Assembly: GCA_032718475.1 (NCBI GenBank) | Contig: JAUCBJ010005047.1 | Location: 1 to 64,000, forward strand | Reading direction: 5' to 3' | DNA: 64,000 bases | DNA from: Nemertoderma westbladi | Taxonomy: Eukaryota > Animalia > Xenacoelomorpha | In this document: in pieces, positions 27,780 to 41,746 of the stretch | Layout of the letters: the number at the start of each line of letters is the position of its first letter | Position numbering within the stretch: the first letter of the stretch is position 1 | Notes under the pieces: generated by a model | What the model saw: only the letters and a program-made list of their open reading frames with translations | Told to the model about the DNA's origin: nothing | Databases searched by the model: none | Position numbers and translations under genes: made by a program

Positions 27780-28418
27780 TAAATGTGAGTTGCATCCCTC
27801 TTATCTGGTCCACCTGTATCCTAAAGATTCTATACAAAGGAAAGGGTGACATCAGTGACCCGTGTAATTGTGACATCAGTGACCCGTGTAATTGTGACAT
27901 CAGTGACCCGTGTAATTATAGGTGCATTGCAATGATATGTGTACTTCTTAAGATTTTAATCTCTATTGTAAATACTCGTGTGATTTACAATATAAAACAC
28001 TTCGTGCCTCCGGAGCAATATGGGTTTATTTCCGGCCGTTCCACAAGGCAAGCTTTCAAGAAATTTATAGACTTTGTACAATGTACATGTCAATGTGCAT
28101 GAGACCAAATCTAAACCAGTTTACGGTCAATGTGCATGGGACCAAATCTAAACCAGTTTACGCCGCATTTATTGATTGATTTTAAAAAGGCGTGCGAAAT
28201 GGTTGACAGAAATATATTGCTGCACAAGATGTACACTCAATTTGGAATAAGGGGAAAATTATTTAAACTCATTCGGTCAATATATAACAACATAATTAAA
28301 ATTTACGATGAGATTAAATACTCGTCACTGATCTGATCACCCAATTACGCGGAATACTACAAGGCGATTGCTTTTCCCTAACAGCTTTCATCATGTTTAC
28401 CACCGATCTCGCGACCGC
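27780..28418 (+). pseudogene. Degenerate LINE RT fragment with internal micro-duplications
   Basis: YKGKGDISDPCNYRCIA, EQYGFISGRST, LIDFKKACEMVDR and GILQGDCFSLTAF. Contains 24-bp x3 and 37-bp x2 tandem duplications. Confidence 0.8.
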
Positions 28419-31370
28419 TATGTTTCCATATAGTGGCGCCTGTTATTGTGATAGAGCCCTCCTAAGATTAACTAGTACCAATCATTAGGTAACCCAAGTA
28501 ATGAGGCTGTATGTTTCCATATAGTGGCGCCTGTTATTGTGATAGAGCCCTACTAAGATTAACTAGTACCAATCATTAGGTAACCCAAGTAATGAGGCTG
28601 TATGTTTCCATATAGTGGCGCCTGTTATTGTGATAGAGCCCTACTAAGATTAACTAGTACCAATCATTAGGTAACCCAAGTAATGAGGCTGTATGTTTCC
28701 ATATAGTGGCGCCTGTTATTGTGATAGAGCCCTACTAAGATTAACTAGTACCAATCATTAGGTAACCCAAGTAATGAGGCTGTATGTTTCCATATAGTGG
28801 CGCCTGTTATTGTGATAGAGCCCTACTAAGATTAACTAGTACCAATCATTAGGTAACCCAAGTAATAAGGCTGTATGTTTCCATATAGTGGCGCCTGTTA
28901 TTGTGATAGAGCCCTACTAAGATTAACTAGTACCAATCATTAGGTAACCCAAGTAATGAGGCTGTATGTTTCCATATAGTGGCGCCTGTTATTGTGATAG
29001 AGCCCTACTAAGATTAACTAGTACCAATCATTAGGTAACCCAAGTAATGAGGCTGTATGTTTCCATATAGTGGCGCCTGTTATTGTGATAAAGCCCTCCT
29101 AAGATTAACTAGTACCAATCATTAGGTAACCCAAGTAATAAGGCTGTATGTTTCCATATAGTGGCGCCTGTTATTGTGATAGAGCCCTCCTAAGATTAAC
29201 TAGTACCAATCATTAGGTAACCCAAGTAATAAGTACCAATCATTAGGTAACCCATGTAATAAGGCTGTATGTTTCCATACAGTGGCGCCTGTTATTGTGA
29301 TGGAGCCCTACTAAGATTAACTAGTACCAATCATTAGGTAACCCAAGTAATAAGGCTGTATGTTTCCATATAGTGGCGCCTGTTATTGTGATAGAGCCCT
29401 ACTAAGATTAACTAGTACCAATCATTAGGTAACCCAAGCAATAAGTACCAATCATTAGGTAACCCAAGTAATAAGGCTGTATGTTTCCATATAGTGGCGC
29501 CTGTTATTGTGATAGAGCCCTACTAAGATTAACTAGTACCAATCATTAGGTAACCCAAGTAATAAGTACCAATCATTAGGTAACCCAAGTAATAAGGCTG
29601 TATGTTTCCATATAGTGGCGCCTGTTATTGTGATAGAGCCCTACTAAGATTAACTAGTACCAATCATTAGGTAACCCAAGTAATGAGGCTGTATGTTTCC
29701 ATATAGTGGCGCCTGTTATTGTGATAGAGCCCTCCTAAGATTAACTAGTACCAATCATTAGGTAACCCAAGTAATAAGTACCAATCATTAGGTAACCCAA
29801 GTAATAAGGCTGTATGTTTCCATACAGTGGCGCCTGTTATTGTGATGGAGCCCTACTAAGATTAACTAGTACCAATCATTAGGTAACCCAAGTAATAAGG
29901 CTGTATGTTTCCATATAGTGGCGCCTGTTATTGTGATAGAGCCCTACTAAGATTAACTAGTACCAATCATTAGGTAACCCAAGTAATAAGTACCAATCAT
30001 TAGGTAACCCAAGCAATAAGTACCAATCATTAGGTAACCCAAGTAATAAGGCTGTATGTTTCCATATAGTGGCGCCTGTTATTGTGATAGAGCCCTACTA
30101 AGATTAACTAGTACCAATCATTAGGTAACCCAAGTAATAAGGCTGTATGTTTCCATATAGTGGCGCCTGTTATTGTGATAGAGCCCTCCTAAGATTAACT
30201 AGTACCAATCATTAGGTAACCCAAGTAATAAGGCTGTATGTTTCCATATAGTGGCGCCTGTTATTGTGATAGAGCCCTACTAAGATTAACTAGTACCAAT
30301 CATTAGGTAACCCAAGCAATAAGTACCAATCATTAGGTAACCCAAGTAATAAGGCTGTATGTTTCCATATAGTGGCGCCTGTTATTGTGATAGAGCCCTA
30401 CTAAGATTAACTAGTACCAATCATTAGGTAACCCAAGTAATAAGTACCAATCATTAGGTAACCCAAGTAATAAGTACCAATCATTAGGTAACCCAAGTAA
30501 TAATGCTGTATGTTTCCATACAGTGGCGCCTGTTATTGTGATAGAGCCCTACTAAGATTAACTAGTACCAATCATTAGGTAACCCAAGTAATAAGTACCA
30601 ATCATTAGGTAACCCAAGTAATAAGGCTGTATGTTTCCATATAGTGGCGCCTGTTATTGTGATAGAGCCCTACTAAGATTAACTAGTACCAATCATTAGG
30701 TAACCCAAGTAATAAGTACCAATCATTAGGTAACCCAAGTAATAAGGCTGTATGTTTCCATATAGTGGCGCCTGTTATTGTGATAGAGCCCTACTAAGAT
30801 TAACTAGTACCAATCATTAGGTAACCCAAGTAATAAGTACCAATCATTAGGTAACCCAAGTAATTACTACCAATCATTAGGTAACCCAAGTAATAAGTAC
30901 CAATCATTAGGTAACCCAAGTAATAAGGCTGTATGTTTCCATATAGTGGCGCCTGTTATTGTGATAGAGCCCTACTAAGATTAACTAGTACCAATCATTA
31001 GGTAACCCAAGTAATAAGGCTGTATGTTTCCATATAGTGGCGCCTGTTATTGTGATAGAGCCCTACTAAGATTAACTAGTACCAATCATTAGGTAACCCA
31101 AGCAATAAGTACCAATCATTAGGTAACCCAAGTAATAAGGCTGTATGTTTCCATATAGTGGCGCCTGTTATTGTGATAGAGCCCTACTAAGATTAACTAG
31201 TACCAATCATTAGGTAACCCAAGTAATGAGGCTGTATGTTTCCATATAGTGGCGCCTGTTATTGTGATAGAGCCCTACTAAGATTAACTAGTACCAATCA
31301 TTAGGTAACCCAAGTAATAAGTACCAATCATTAGGTAACCCAAGTAATAAGGCTGTATGTTTCCATATAG
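28419..31370. repeat. 91-bp satellite, left block (with 30-bp internal sub-repeat variants)
   Basis: TATGTTTCCATATAGTGGCGCCTGTTATTGTGATAGAGCCCTACTAAGATTAACTAGTACCAATCATTAGGTAACCCAAGTAATAAGGCTG. Confidence 0.98.
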
Positions 31371-32894
31371 TTTAGTTTAAGTTTAGTTTAAGTTTAAGTT
31401 TATTGTTATTTATAGGAAAATGTTATAATTAGAACCATCACCAAAGCACAGTTTAGTTGTAATGGAATAAAAAGAAAATGTGTATGCAGTGTGCGAGGCG
31501 GTGGGTTGGTAAGGGTTGCAGCAATAGCCAGGCTAGTCGAGGCTGCCAACCGACCAAGGGTAAATGTACTGTATATGTAACTAAGTATTATATATTTGAA
31601 AAAAGATAAAATAAGAACTGTTATAAACCTTTAATAATTGTTGATCAGGATCACAAGGAAATATAATAATTTAATTAACCATTTTACAATACACTGTAGT
31701 GAAGAAACAGTCCAGTCGCAGTGTATGTGAGAAGGAAATATAATAAGATAGAGCCAGACATATAGGGAGATATTGTGTAATGTATTATTATGACGTTACG
31801 TCATGTGTTCAAATAGGTATGTTTTAAATTGACGTTTAAATGAAAATTTAGATTTGCTAATAATTAGACTAGAGGGGAGACTGTTCCACAATACTGGCCC
31901 AGTGACTGATAATCCTTGGTGTGCTACATTGAGACGGGTTAACGGTACTACGAATTTGCCTAAAGTAGATGAACGGGTGTTATATAAATGAATATCAGAC
32001 AATTTAGTAAAAAAATTTGAAAGAGGGTGATTATTAGAAGATTTTGATATATCGTACATTAACTGGCCTAATTGTAATTCAAATATAGATTCGATTGGCA
32101 AAACATTTAGTGATTTGTAAAGTGGCACAGAGTGAGCCCGGTAGTCACTAAATGTTATGCAACGCAAGATTTTATTAACTTTAATTCTTAGTGGACGTGT
32201 TATTGATTTGCAGGCAGTACCCCAAGCAAGAATTCCATAAGTGATGTAAGGATTAATTAATGTATAATACAGCGTACGTAAAATTTGGCTTGGGAAAAAG
32301 TGTCTTAATTTATAAAAAAGTCCGGAGGATCTAGATATTTTTTTAAGGATGTAATTTATATGCGTTTTCCAGCTCAAATTGTCATCGATAAAGATACCTA
32401 AGTACTTAGTGCTATTTACCTTAGTAATTTCATTGGCTTTAATTTTAACTTTCGGTAGTCCAAGACAGTTTTTGTTACTAAAAATAGAGTATTCTGTTTT
32501 ACTAAGATTAAGTGATAATGAGTTGTCTATAAGCCAGTCCGAAATTTTTTCCAGTTCAGTGTTTGTGTTGTTAATCAATAAATTTAAGTCTGAATTGAAG
32601 CCCAGTAACGTCGTATCGTCGGCAAATAAAGTTGTCAAAAATTTGGATGCGTCCGGTAAGTCGTTCACATATAAAAGAAACAGCAATGGTGAAAGGACTG
32701 AACCCTGGGGCGTTCCGCAGGTTACCGGAAGAGTGGGTGAGATTACGCCATTTAAGGATACTGATTGTGTACGGTCTGTTAGAAAACTCCTAAGTAAAGT
32801 CTGGGGGGTGCCTCGAATTCCGTAAGATTCTAATTTTTTAAATAAGGTAGAGTGGTTCAACGTATCAAACGCTTTTTTTAACATATATAACATG
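31371..32894 (-). mobile_element. 5'-truncated CR1/L2/Crack-like LINE inserted in the 91-bp satellite
   Basis: Intact 365-aa frame: LKKAFDTL, GTPQGSVLSPLLFLLYVNDL, FADDT, KYLGI and GPVLWNSLP. Tail AATAAA(CTTAAA)n at the left junction. Confidence 0.93.
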
Positions 32895-35800
32895 GTGGCG
32901 CCTGTTATTGTGATAGAGCCCTACTAAGATTAACTAGTACCAATCATTAGGTAACCCAAGTAATAAGGCTGTATGTTTCCATATAGTGGCGCCTGTTATT
33001 GTGATAGAGCCCTACTAAGATTAACTAGTACCAATCATTAGGTAACCCAAGTAATAAGGCTGTATGTTTCCATATAGTGGCGCCTGTTATTGTGATAGAG
33101 CCCTACTAAGATTAACTAGTACCAATCATTAGGTAACCCAAGTAATAAGGCTGTATGTTTCCATATAGTGGCGCCTGTTATTGTGATAGAGCCCTACTAA
33201 GATTAACTAGTACCAATCATTAGGTAACCCAAGTAATAAGGCTGTATGTTTCCATATAGTGGCGCCTGTTATTGTGATAGAGCCCTACTAAGATTAACTA
33301 GTACCAATCATTAGGTAACCCAAGTAATAAGGCTGTATGTTTCCATATAGTGGCGCCTGTTATTGTGATAGAGCCCTACTAAGATTAACTAGTACCAATC
33401 ATTAGGTAACCCAAGTAATAAGGCTGTATGTTTCCATATAGTGGCGCCTGTTATTGTGATAGAGCCCTACTAAGATTAACTAGTACCAATCATTAGGTAA
33501 CCCAAGTAATAAGGCTGTATGTTTCCATATAGTGGCGCCTGTTATTGTGATAGAGCCCTACTAAGATTAACTAGTACCAATCATTAGGTAACCCAAGTAA
33601 TAAGTACCAATCATTAGGTAACCCAAGTAATAAGGCTGTATGTTTCCATATAGTGGCGCCTGTTATTGTGATAGAGCCCTACTAAGATTAACTAGTACCA
33701 ATCATTAGGTAACCCAAGTAATAAGGCTGTATGTTTCCATATAGTGGCGCCTGTTATTGTGATAGAGCCCTACTAAGATTAACTAGTACCAATCATTAGG
33801 TAACCCAAGTAATAAGGCTGTATGTTTCCATATAGTGGCGCCTGTTATTGTGATAGAGCCCTACTAAGATTAACTAGTACCAATCATTAGGTAACCCAAG
33901 TAATAAGTACCAATCATTAGGTAACCCAAGTAATAAGGCTGTATGTTTCCATATAGTGGCGCCTGTTATTGTGATAGAGCCCTACTAAGATTAACTAGTA
34001 CCAATCATTAGGTAACCCAAGTAATAAGGCTGTATGTTTCCATATAGTGGCGCCTGTTATTGTGATAGAGCCCTACTAAGATTAACTAGTACCAATCATT
34101 AGGTAACCCAAGCAATAAGTACCAATCATTAGGTAACCCAAGTAATAAGGCTGTATGTTTCCATATAGTGGCGCCTGTTATTGTGATAGAGCCCTACTAA
34201 GATTAACTAGTACCAATCATTAGGTAACCCAAGTAATAAGTACCAATCATTAGGTAACCCAAGTAATAAGGCTGTATGTTTCCATATAGTGGCGCTGTTA
34301 TTGTGATAGAGCACTCCTAAGATTAACTAGTACCAATCATTAGGTAACCCAAGTAATAAGGCTGTATGTTTCCATATAGTGGCGCCTGTTATTGTGATAG
34401 AGCCCTACTAAGATTAACTAGTACCAATCATTAGGTAACCCAAGTAATAAGGCTGTATGTTTCCATATAGTGGCGCCTGTTATTGTGATAGAGCCCTACT
34501 AAGATTAACTAGTACCAATCATTAGGTAACCCAAGTAATAAGGCTGTATGTTTCCATATAGTGGCGCCTGTTATTGTGATAGAGCCCTACTAAGATTAAC
34601 TAGTACCAATCATTAGGTAACCCAAGTAATAAGGCTGTATGTTTCCATATAGTGGCGCCTGTTATTGTGATAGAGCCCTACTAAGATTAACTAGTACCAA
34701 TCATTAGGTAACCCAAGTAATAAGGCTGTATGTTTCCATATAGTGGCGCCTGTTATTGTGATAGAGCCCTACTAAGATTAACTAGTACCAATCATTAGGT
34801 AACCCAAGTAATAAGTACCAATCATTAGGTAACCCAAGTAATAAGGCCTCGTATGTTTCCATATAGTGGCGCATGTTATTGTGATAGAGCCCCTAAGCTT
34901 AACTACGTACCAATCATTAGGTAACCCAAGTAATAAGGCTGTATGTTTCCATATAGTGGCGCCTGTTATTGTGATAGAGCCCTACTAAGATTAACTAGTA
35001 CCAATCATTAGGTAACCCAAGTAATAAGGCTGTATGTTTCCATATAGTGGCGCCTGTTATTGTGATAGAGCCCTACTAAGATTAACTAGTACCAATCATT
35101 AGGTAACCCAAGTAATAAGGCTGTATGTTTCCATATAGTGGCGCCTGTTATTGTGATAGAGCCCTACTAAGATTAACTAGTACCAATCATTAGGTAACCC
35201 AAGTAATAAGGCTGTATGTTTCCATATAGTGGCGCCTGTTATTGTGATAGAGCCCTACTAAGATTAACTAGTACCAATCATTAGGTAACCCAAGTAATAA
35301 GGCTGTATGTTTCCATATAGTGGCGCCTGTTATTGTGATAGAGCCCTACTAAGATTAACTAGTACCAATCATTAGGTAACCCAAGTAATAAGGCTGTATG
35401 TTTCCATATAGTGGCGCCTGTTATTGTGATAGAGCCCTACTAAGATTAACTAGTACCAATCATTAGGTAACCCAAGTAATAAGGCTGTATGTTTCCATAT
35501 AGTGGCGCCTGTTATTGTGATAGAGCCCTACTAAGATTAACTAGTACCAATCATTAGGTAACCCAAGTAATAAGGCTGTATGTTTCCATATAGTGGCGCC
35601 TGTTATTGTGATAGAGCCCTACTAAGATTAACTAGTACCAATCATTAGGTAACCCAAGTAATAAGGCTGTATGTTTCCATATAGTGGCGCCTGTTATTGT
35701 GATAGAGCCCTACTAAGATTAACTAGTACCAATCATTAGGTAACCCAAGTAATAAGGCTGTATGTTTCCATATAGTGGCGCCTGTTATTGTGATAGAGCC

Positions 35801-36184
35801 CTACTAAGATTAACTAGTACCAATCATTAGGTAACCCAAGTAATAAGGCTGTATGTTTCCATATAGTGGCGCCTGTTATTGTGATAGAGCCCTACTAAGA
35901 TTAACTAGTACCAATCATTAGGTAACCCAAGTAATAAGGCTGTATGTTTCCATATAGTGGCGCCTGTTATTGTGATAGAGCCTACTAAGATTAACTAGTA
36001 CCAATCATTAGGTAACCCAAGTAATAAGGCTGTATGTTTCCATATAGTGGCGCCTGTTATTGTGATAGAGCCTACTAAGATTAACTAGTACCAATCATTA
36101 GGTAACCCAAGTAATAAGGCTGTATGTTTCCATATAGTGGCGCCTGTTATTGTGATAGAGCCTACTAAGATTAACTAGTACCAA
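32895..36184. repeat. 91-bp satellite, right block
   Basis: Same unit resumes in register (GTGGCGCC) after the LINE. Confidence 0.98.
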
Positions 36185-36550
36185 ATAATACAGTTGGATG
36201 GACGGACAATAACACTAGAAACCAACCAAATCAACTGCGACTATTTGATTTCGCTCTAGACTGTAATTTATAAAATTATAATCAGTTGTTAGTTTCTGAC
36301 CAGTTTCTCTAAGATCAGTTTTAGTTTACTTTGAGGTATTGTAACGGTTTCAGCTCGAAGCAAATGGTTCCTATTCTATAATGAAATAAGTGGGAGAAAT
36401 GAGGTTCCCCCACTTAAAAAAAGGTTCCGCACCTTAAATGCGCAGGTAGTATCAGTAACTATGGCATTTCTCAATCATTTCTTAAGAATCTTTCACCATT
36501 TCTTCGCAATTAATTTTAAGGTATATCTTCGGTAATAAAAATTACATAGA

Positions 36551-39500
36551 ATGTAGGTGGGACCTTAAGGTTTGGAGACCCATACCGACTCATCCCGTAT
36601 TAATTCACCCGCGCATGTAGGTGGGACCTTAAGGTTTGGAGACCCATACCGACCCATCCCGTATTAATTCACCCGCGCATGTAGATGGGACCTTAAGGTT
36701 TGGAGACCCATACCGACCCAACCCGTATTAATTCACCCGCGCATGTAGGTGGCACCTTAAGGTTTGGAGACCCATACCGACCCATCCCGTATTAATTCAC
36801 CCGCGCATGTAGGTGGGACCTTAAGGTTTGGAGACCCATACCGACCCATCCCGTATTAATTCACCCGCGCATGTAGGTGGGACCTTAAGGTTTGGAGACC
36901 CATACCGACCCATCCCGTATTAATTCACCCGCGCATGTAGGTGGGACATTAATGTTTGGAGACCCATACCGACCTAACCCGTATTAATTCACCCGCGCAT
37001 GTAGGTGGGACCTTAAGGTTTGGAGACCCATACCGACCCAACCCGTATTAATTCACCCGCGCATGTAGGTGGGACCTTAAGGTTTGGAGACCCATACCGA
37101 CCCATCCCGTATTAATTCACCCGCGCATGTAGATGGGACCTTAAGGTTTGGAGACCCATACCGACCCAACCCGTATTAATTCACCCGCGCATGTAGGTGG
37201 CACCTTAAGGTTTGGAGACCCATACCGACCCATCCCGTATTAATTCACCCGCGCATGTAGGTGGGACCTTAAGGTTTGGAGACCCATACCGACCCATCCC
37301 GTATTAATTCACCCGCGCATGTAGGTGGGACCTTGTTTGGAGATCCATACCGACCCAACCCGTATTAATTCACCCGCGCATGTAGGTGGGACCTTAAGGT
37401 TTGGAGACCCATACCGACCCAACCCGTATTAATTCACCCGCGCATGTAGGTGGGACCTTAAGGTTTGGAGACCCATACCGACCCATCCCGTATTAATTCA
37501 CCCGCGCATGTAGGTGGGACCTTAAGGTTTGGAGACCCATACCGACCCAACCCGTATTAATTCACCCGCGCATGTAGGTGGGACCTTAAGGTTTGGAGAC
37601 CCATACCGACCCATCCCGTATTAATTCACCCGCGCATGTAGGTGGGACCTTAAGGTTTGGAGACCCATACCGACCCAACCCGTATTAATTCACCCGCGCA
37701 TGTAGGTGGGACCTTAAGGTTTGGAAACCCATACCGACCCATCCCGTATTAATTCACCCGCGCATGTAGGTGGGACCTTAAGGTTTGGAGACCCATACCG
37801 ACCCAACCCGTATTAATTCACCCGCGCATGTAGGTGGGACCTTAAGGTTTGGAGACCCATACCGACCCATCCCGTATTAATTCACCCGCGCATGTAGGTG
37901 GGACCTTAAGGTTTGGAGACCCATACCGACCCAACCCGTATTAATTCACCCGCGCATGTAGGTGGGACCTTAAGGTTTGGAGACCCATACCGACCCATCC
38001 CGTATTAATTCACCCGCGCATGTAGGTGGGACCTTGTTTGGAGATCCATACCGACCCGCCCGTATTAATTCACCCGCGCATGTATGTGGGACCTTAAGGT
38101 TTGGAGACCCATACCGACCCATCCCGTATTAATTCACCCGCGCATGTAGGTGGGACCTTAAGGTTTGGAGACCCATACCGACCCAACCCGTATTAATTCA
38201 CCCGCGCATGTAGGTGGGACCTTAAGGTTTGGAGACCCATACCGACCCATCCCGTATTAATTCACCCGCGCATGTAGGTGGGACCTTAAGGTTTGGAGAC
38301 CCATACCGACCCAACCCGTATTAATTCACCCGCGCATGTAGGTGGGACCTTAAGGTTTGGAGACCCATACCGACCCATCCCGTATTAATTCACCCGCGCA
38401 TGTAGGTGGGACCTTAAGGTTTGGAGACCCATACCGACCCAACCCGTATTAATTCACCCGCGCATGTAGGTGGGACCTTAAGGTTTGGAGACCCATACCG
38501 ACCCATCCCGTATTAATTCACCCGCGCATGTAGGTGGGACCTTGTTTGGAGATCCATACCGACCCGCCCGTATTAATTCACCCGCGCATGTAGGTGGGAC
38601 CTTAAGGTTTGGAGAACCATACCGACCCATCCCGTATTAATTCACCCACGCATGTAGGTGGGACCTTAAGGTTTGGAGACCCATACCGACCCATCCCGTA
38701 TTAATTCACCGCGCATGTAGGTGGGACCTTAAGGTTTGGAGACCCATACCGACCCATCCCGTATTAATTCACCCGCGCATGTAGGTGGGACCTTAAGGTT
38801 TGGAGACCCATACCGACCCAACCCGTATTAATTCACCCGCGCATGTAGGTGGGACCTTAAGGTTTGGAGACCCATACCGACCCATCCCGTATTAATTCAC
38901 CCGCGCATGTAGGTGGGACCTTAAGGTTTGGAGACCCATACCGACCCATCCCGTATTAATTCACCCGCGCATGTAGGTGGGACCTTAAGGTTTGGAGACC
39001 CATACCGACCCATCCCGTATTAATTCACCCGCGCATGTAGGTGGGACCTTAAGGTTTGGAGACCCATACCGACCCAACCCGTATTAATTCACCCGCGCAT
39101 GTAGGTGGGACCTTAAGGTTTGGAGACCCATACCGACCCAACCTGTATTAATTCACCCGCGCATGTAGGTGGGACCTTAAGGTTTGGAGACCCATACCGA
39201 CCCATCCCGTATTAATTCACCCGCGCATGTAGATGGGACCTTAAGGTTTGGAGACCCATACCGACCCAACCCGTATTAATTCACCCGCGCATGTAGGTGG
39301 GACCTTAAGGTTTGGAGACCCATACCGACCCAACCCGTATTAATTCACCCGCGCATGTAGGTGGGACCTTAAGGTTTGGAGACCCATACCGACCCATCCC
39401 GTATTAATTCACCCGCGCATGTAGATGGGACCTTAAGGTTTGGAGACCCATACCGACCCATCCCGTATTAATTCACCCGCGCATGTAGGTGGGACCTTAA

Positions 39501-40058
39501 GGTTTGGAGACCCATACCGACCCATCCCGTATTAATTCACCCGCGCATGTAGGTGGGACGTTAAGGTTTGGAGACCCATACCGACCCATCCCGTATTAAT
39601 TCACCCGCGCATGTAGGTGGGACCTTAAGGTTTGGAGACCCATACCGACCCATCCCGTATTAATTCACCCGCGCATGTAGGTGGGACCTTAAGGTTTGGA
39701 GACCCATACCGACCCATCCCGTATTAATTCACCCGCGCATGTAGGTGGGACCTTAAGGTTCGGAGACCCATACCGACCCATCCCGTATTAATTCACCCGC
39801 GCATTTAGGTGGGACCTTAAGGTTTGGAGACCCATACCGACCCAACCCGTATTAATTCACCCGCGCATGTAGGTGGGACCTTAAGGTTTGGAGACCCATA
39901 CCGACCCAACCCGTATTAATTCACCCGCGCATGTAGGTGGGACCTTAAGGTTTGGAGACCCATACCGACCCATCCCGTATTAATTCACCCGCGCATGTAG
40001 GTGGGACCTTAAGGTTTGGAGACCCATACCGACCCAACCCGTATTAATTCACCCGCGC
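36551..40058. repeat. 64-bp satellite (~55 copies)
   Basis: ATGTAGGTGGGACCTTAAGGTTTGGAGACCCATACCGACCCATCCCGTATTAATTCACCCGCGC. Confidence 0.98.
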
Positions 40059-40370
40059 TCAATCGACGACGTCCGTAGGTAAAATTTGATCCTTTTCACT
40101 ATCAATCGAGATATTTTATCTACCGAGCGAAACAAGATTTTAAGGTTTCACGTATAATGAATGTGAAAGTCAGTGAAAAAGTAGGCCCTACTCTACTTCA
40201 AACACTTCTTTGAGTATAAAACGTGTAGTTTACGTTGTTAGGCAGTTTATTAAGCAAATTACATATTCATTAAATTTAAATTCGCTATGAATTATGAAAT
40301 TCCATCGTCTCTATTTATTATACAGTAATTAGTATTTAAATTAATAAACTTAAATATAATGTAATATCAT

Positions 40371-40762
40371 GATACAGAGCCATCCATAAGCGGTGGGGAT
40401 ACAGAGCCATCCATAAGCGGTGGGGATACAGAGCCATCCAAAAGCGGTGGGGATACAGAGCCATCCATAAGCGGTGTCATGGGGGGGGGGGGGGGGGGAT
40501 ACAGAGCCATCCATAAGCGGTGGGGATACAGAGCCATCCATAAGCGGTGTCATGGGGGGGGGGGGGGGATACAGAGCCATCCATAAGCGGTGGGGATACA
40601 GAGCCATCCATAAGCGGTGGGGATACAGAGCCATCCATAAGCGGTGGGGATACAGAGCCATCCATAAGCGGTGTCATGGGGGGGGGGGGGGGATACAGAG
40701 CCATCTATAAGCGGTGTCATGGGGGGGGGGGGGAAACAGAGCTATCCATAAGCGGTGTCATG
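40371..40762. repeat. 27-bp minisatellite with poly-G interruptions
   Basis: GATACAGAGCCATCCATAAGCGGTGGG repeated; some units carry TGTCAT(G)n. Confidence 0.9.
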
Positions 40763-41746
40763 CCGGAAGGGGGGGGGGGGGGGCAATATACATCCAAACA
40801 TACAATCGCAATCTCCATTAAAATGTGGGGGGGGGGGGGGGTCGAAAATTGGAAAAAAAAAGGCGTGATGTGACGACATATGGATGTTCCATATGCGTTG
40901 AGTTGGTTTGTGTTTCTCATTTATACCTAACAATATTTCTGCTTTAAAGATAGACAGACAAACAGACAGACAGACAGATAATCAAACAAATTCTCCTGGG
41001 GCCAATAGCAACTTATTTACTACGGGAAACACTAAATTGCCAGTAACACCAAATATATTACGGCATTTAATCAATATATAGATACTCATATATCTTATAT
41101 CACAATAAAATCACCCAATAAACCATCATTCTAGCATTAAAGTTTATTTTTTTACAGGGTAGTTTCATCTCAAGTAAGCGAGAGTAGATCATCAAAAGCT
41201 AAAATGGTTCATTATAATTATATGTGACGATTAAAACAACGACAATGGGGTCGGTGCACTAAGGAATTATCCCAATACTGTAATATTTCATTATTAATTT
41301 AAGTCTTAATTCCAGGCAAATGTACGCCCAACAGCTAAGCTATATAATTTATATTGGAAAACCCATCAATTTATTTGTTAGTGTCAATGATGTTTAGCTA
41401 TCGTCCGCGTCCGAGACAATTGAGATATTTAATGTTCATCTGAATAAAGTGATTATCATTACGGACTATTCTAACCCCATTGGGAATGTCTACAGCAATT
41501 CTTAATCTGGATAAATATTCTTAATTTCACATAAATCAAATACTAATCTTGAATACCGGTACCATGATCCCAAGATATCGATGTTAAATATAATATCAAT
41601 TAGACTAACAGTCAGTGTATAACAACAACATTAGTTATCATTGCTTTCTCATTGGCAACATTAATTTTATTATTAGTTCATCATTATTCATTACAATCCA
41701 ACCCACTATATATGTGAGCGGTGAACTTCTGTGAAATAATCCACCA

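Noticed and set aside
34845-34910. Aberrant 91-bp monomer
   Set aside because: Clustered small indels look like sequencing or consensus error.
1-40058. CRISPR-like arrays
   Set aside because: Units are head-to-tail with no unique spacers, there are no cas genes, and the context is eukaryotic.
40350-40933. Poly-Pro/poly-Gly ORFs
   Set aside because: Products of the 27-bp minisatellite and G/C homopolymer runs.
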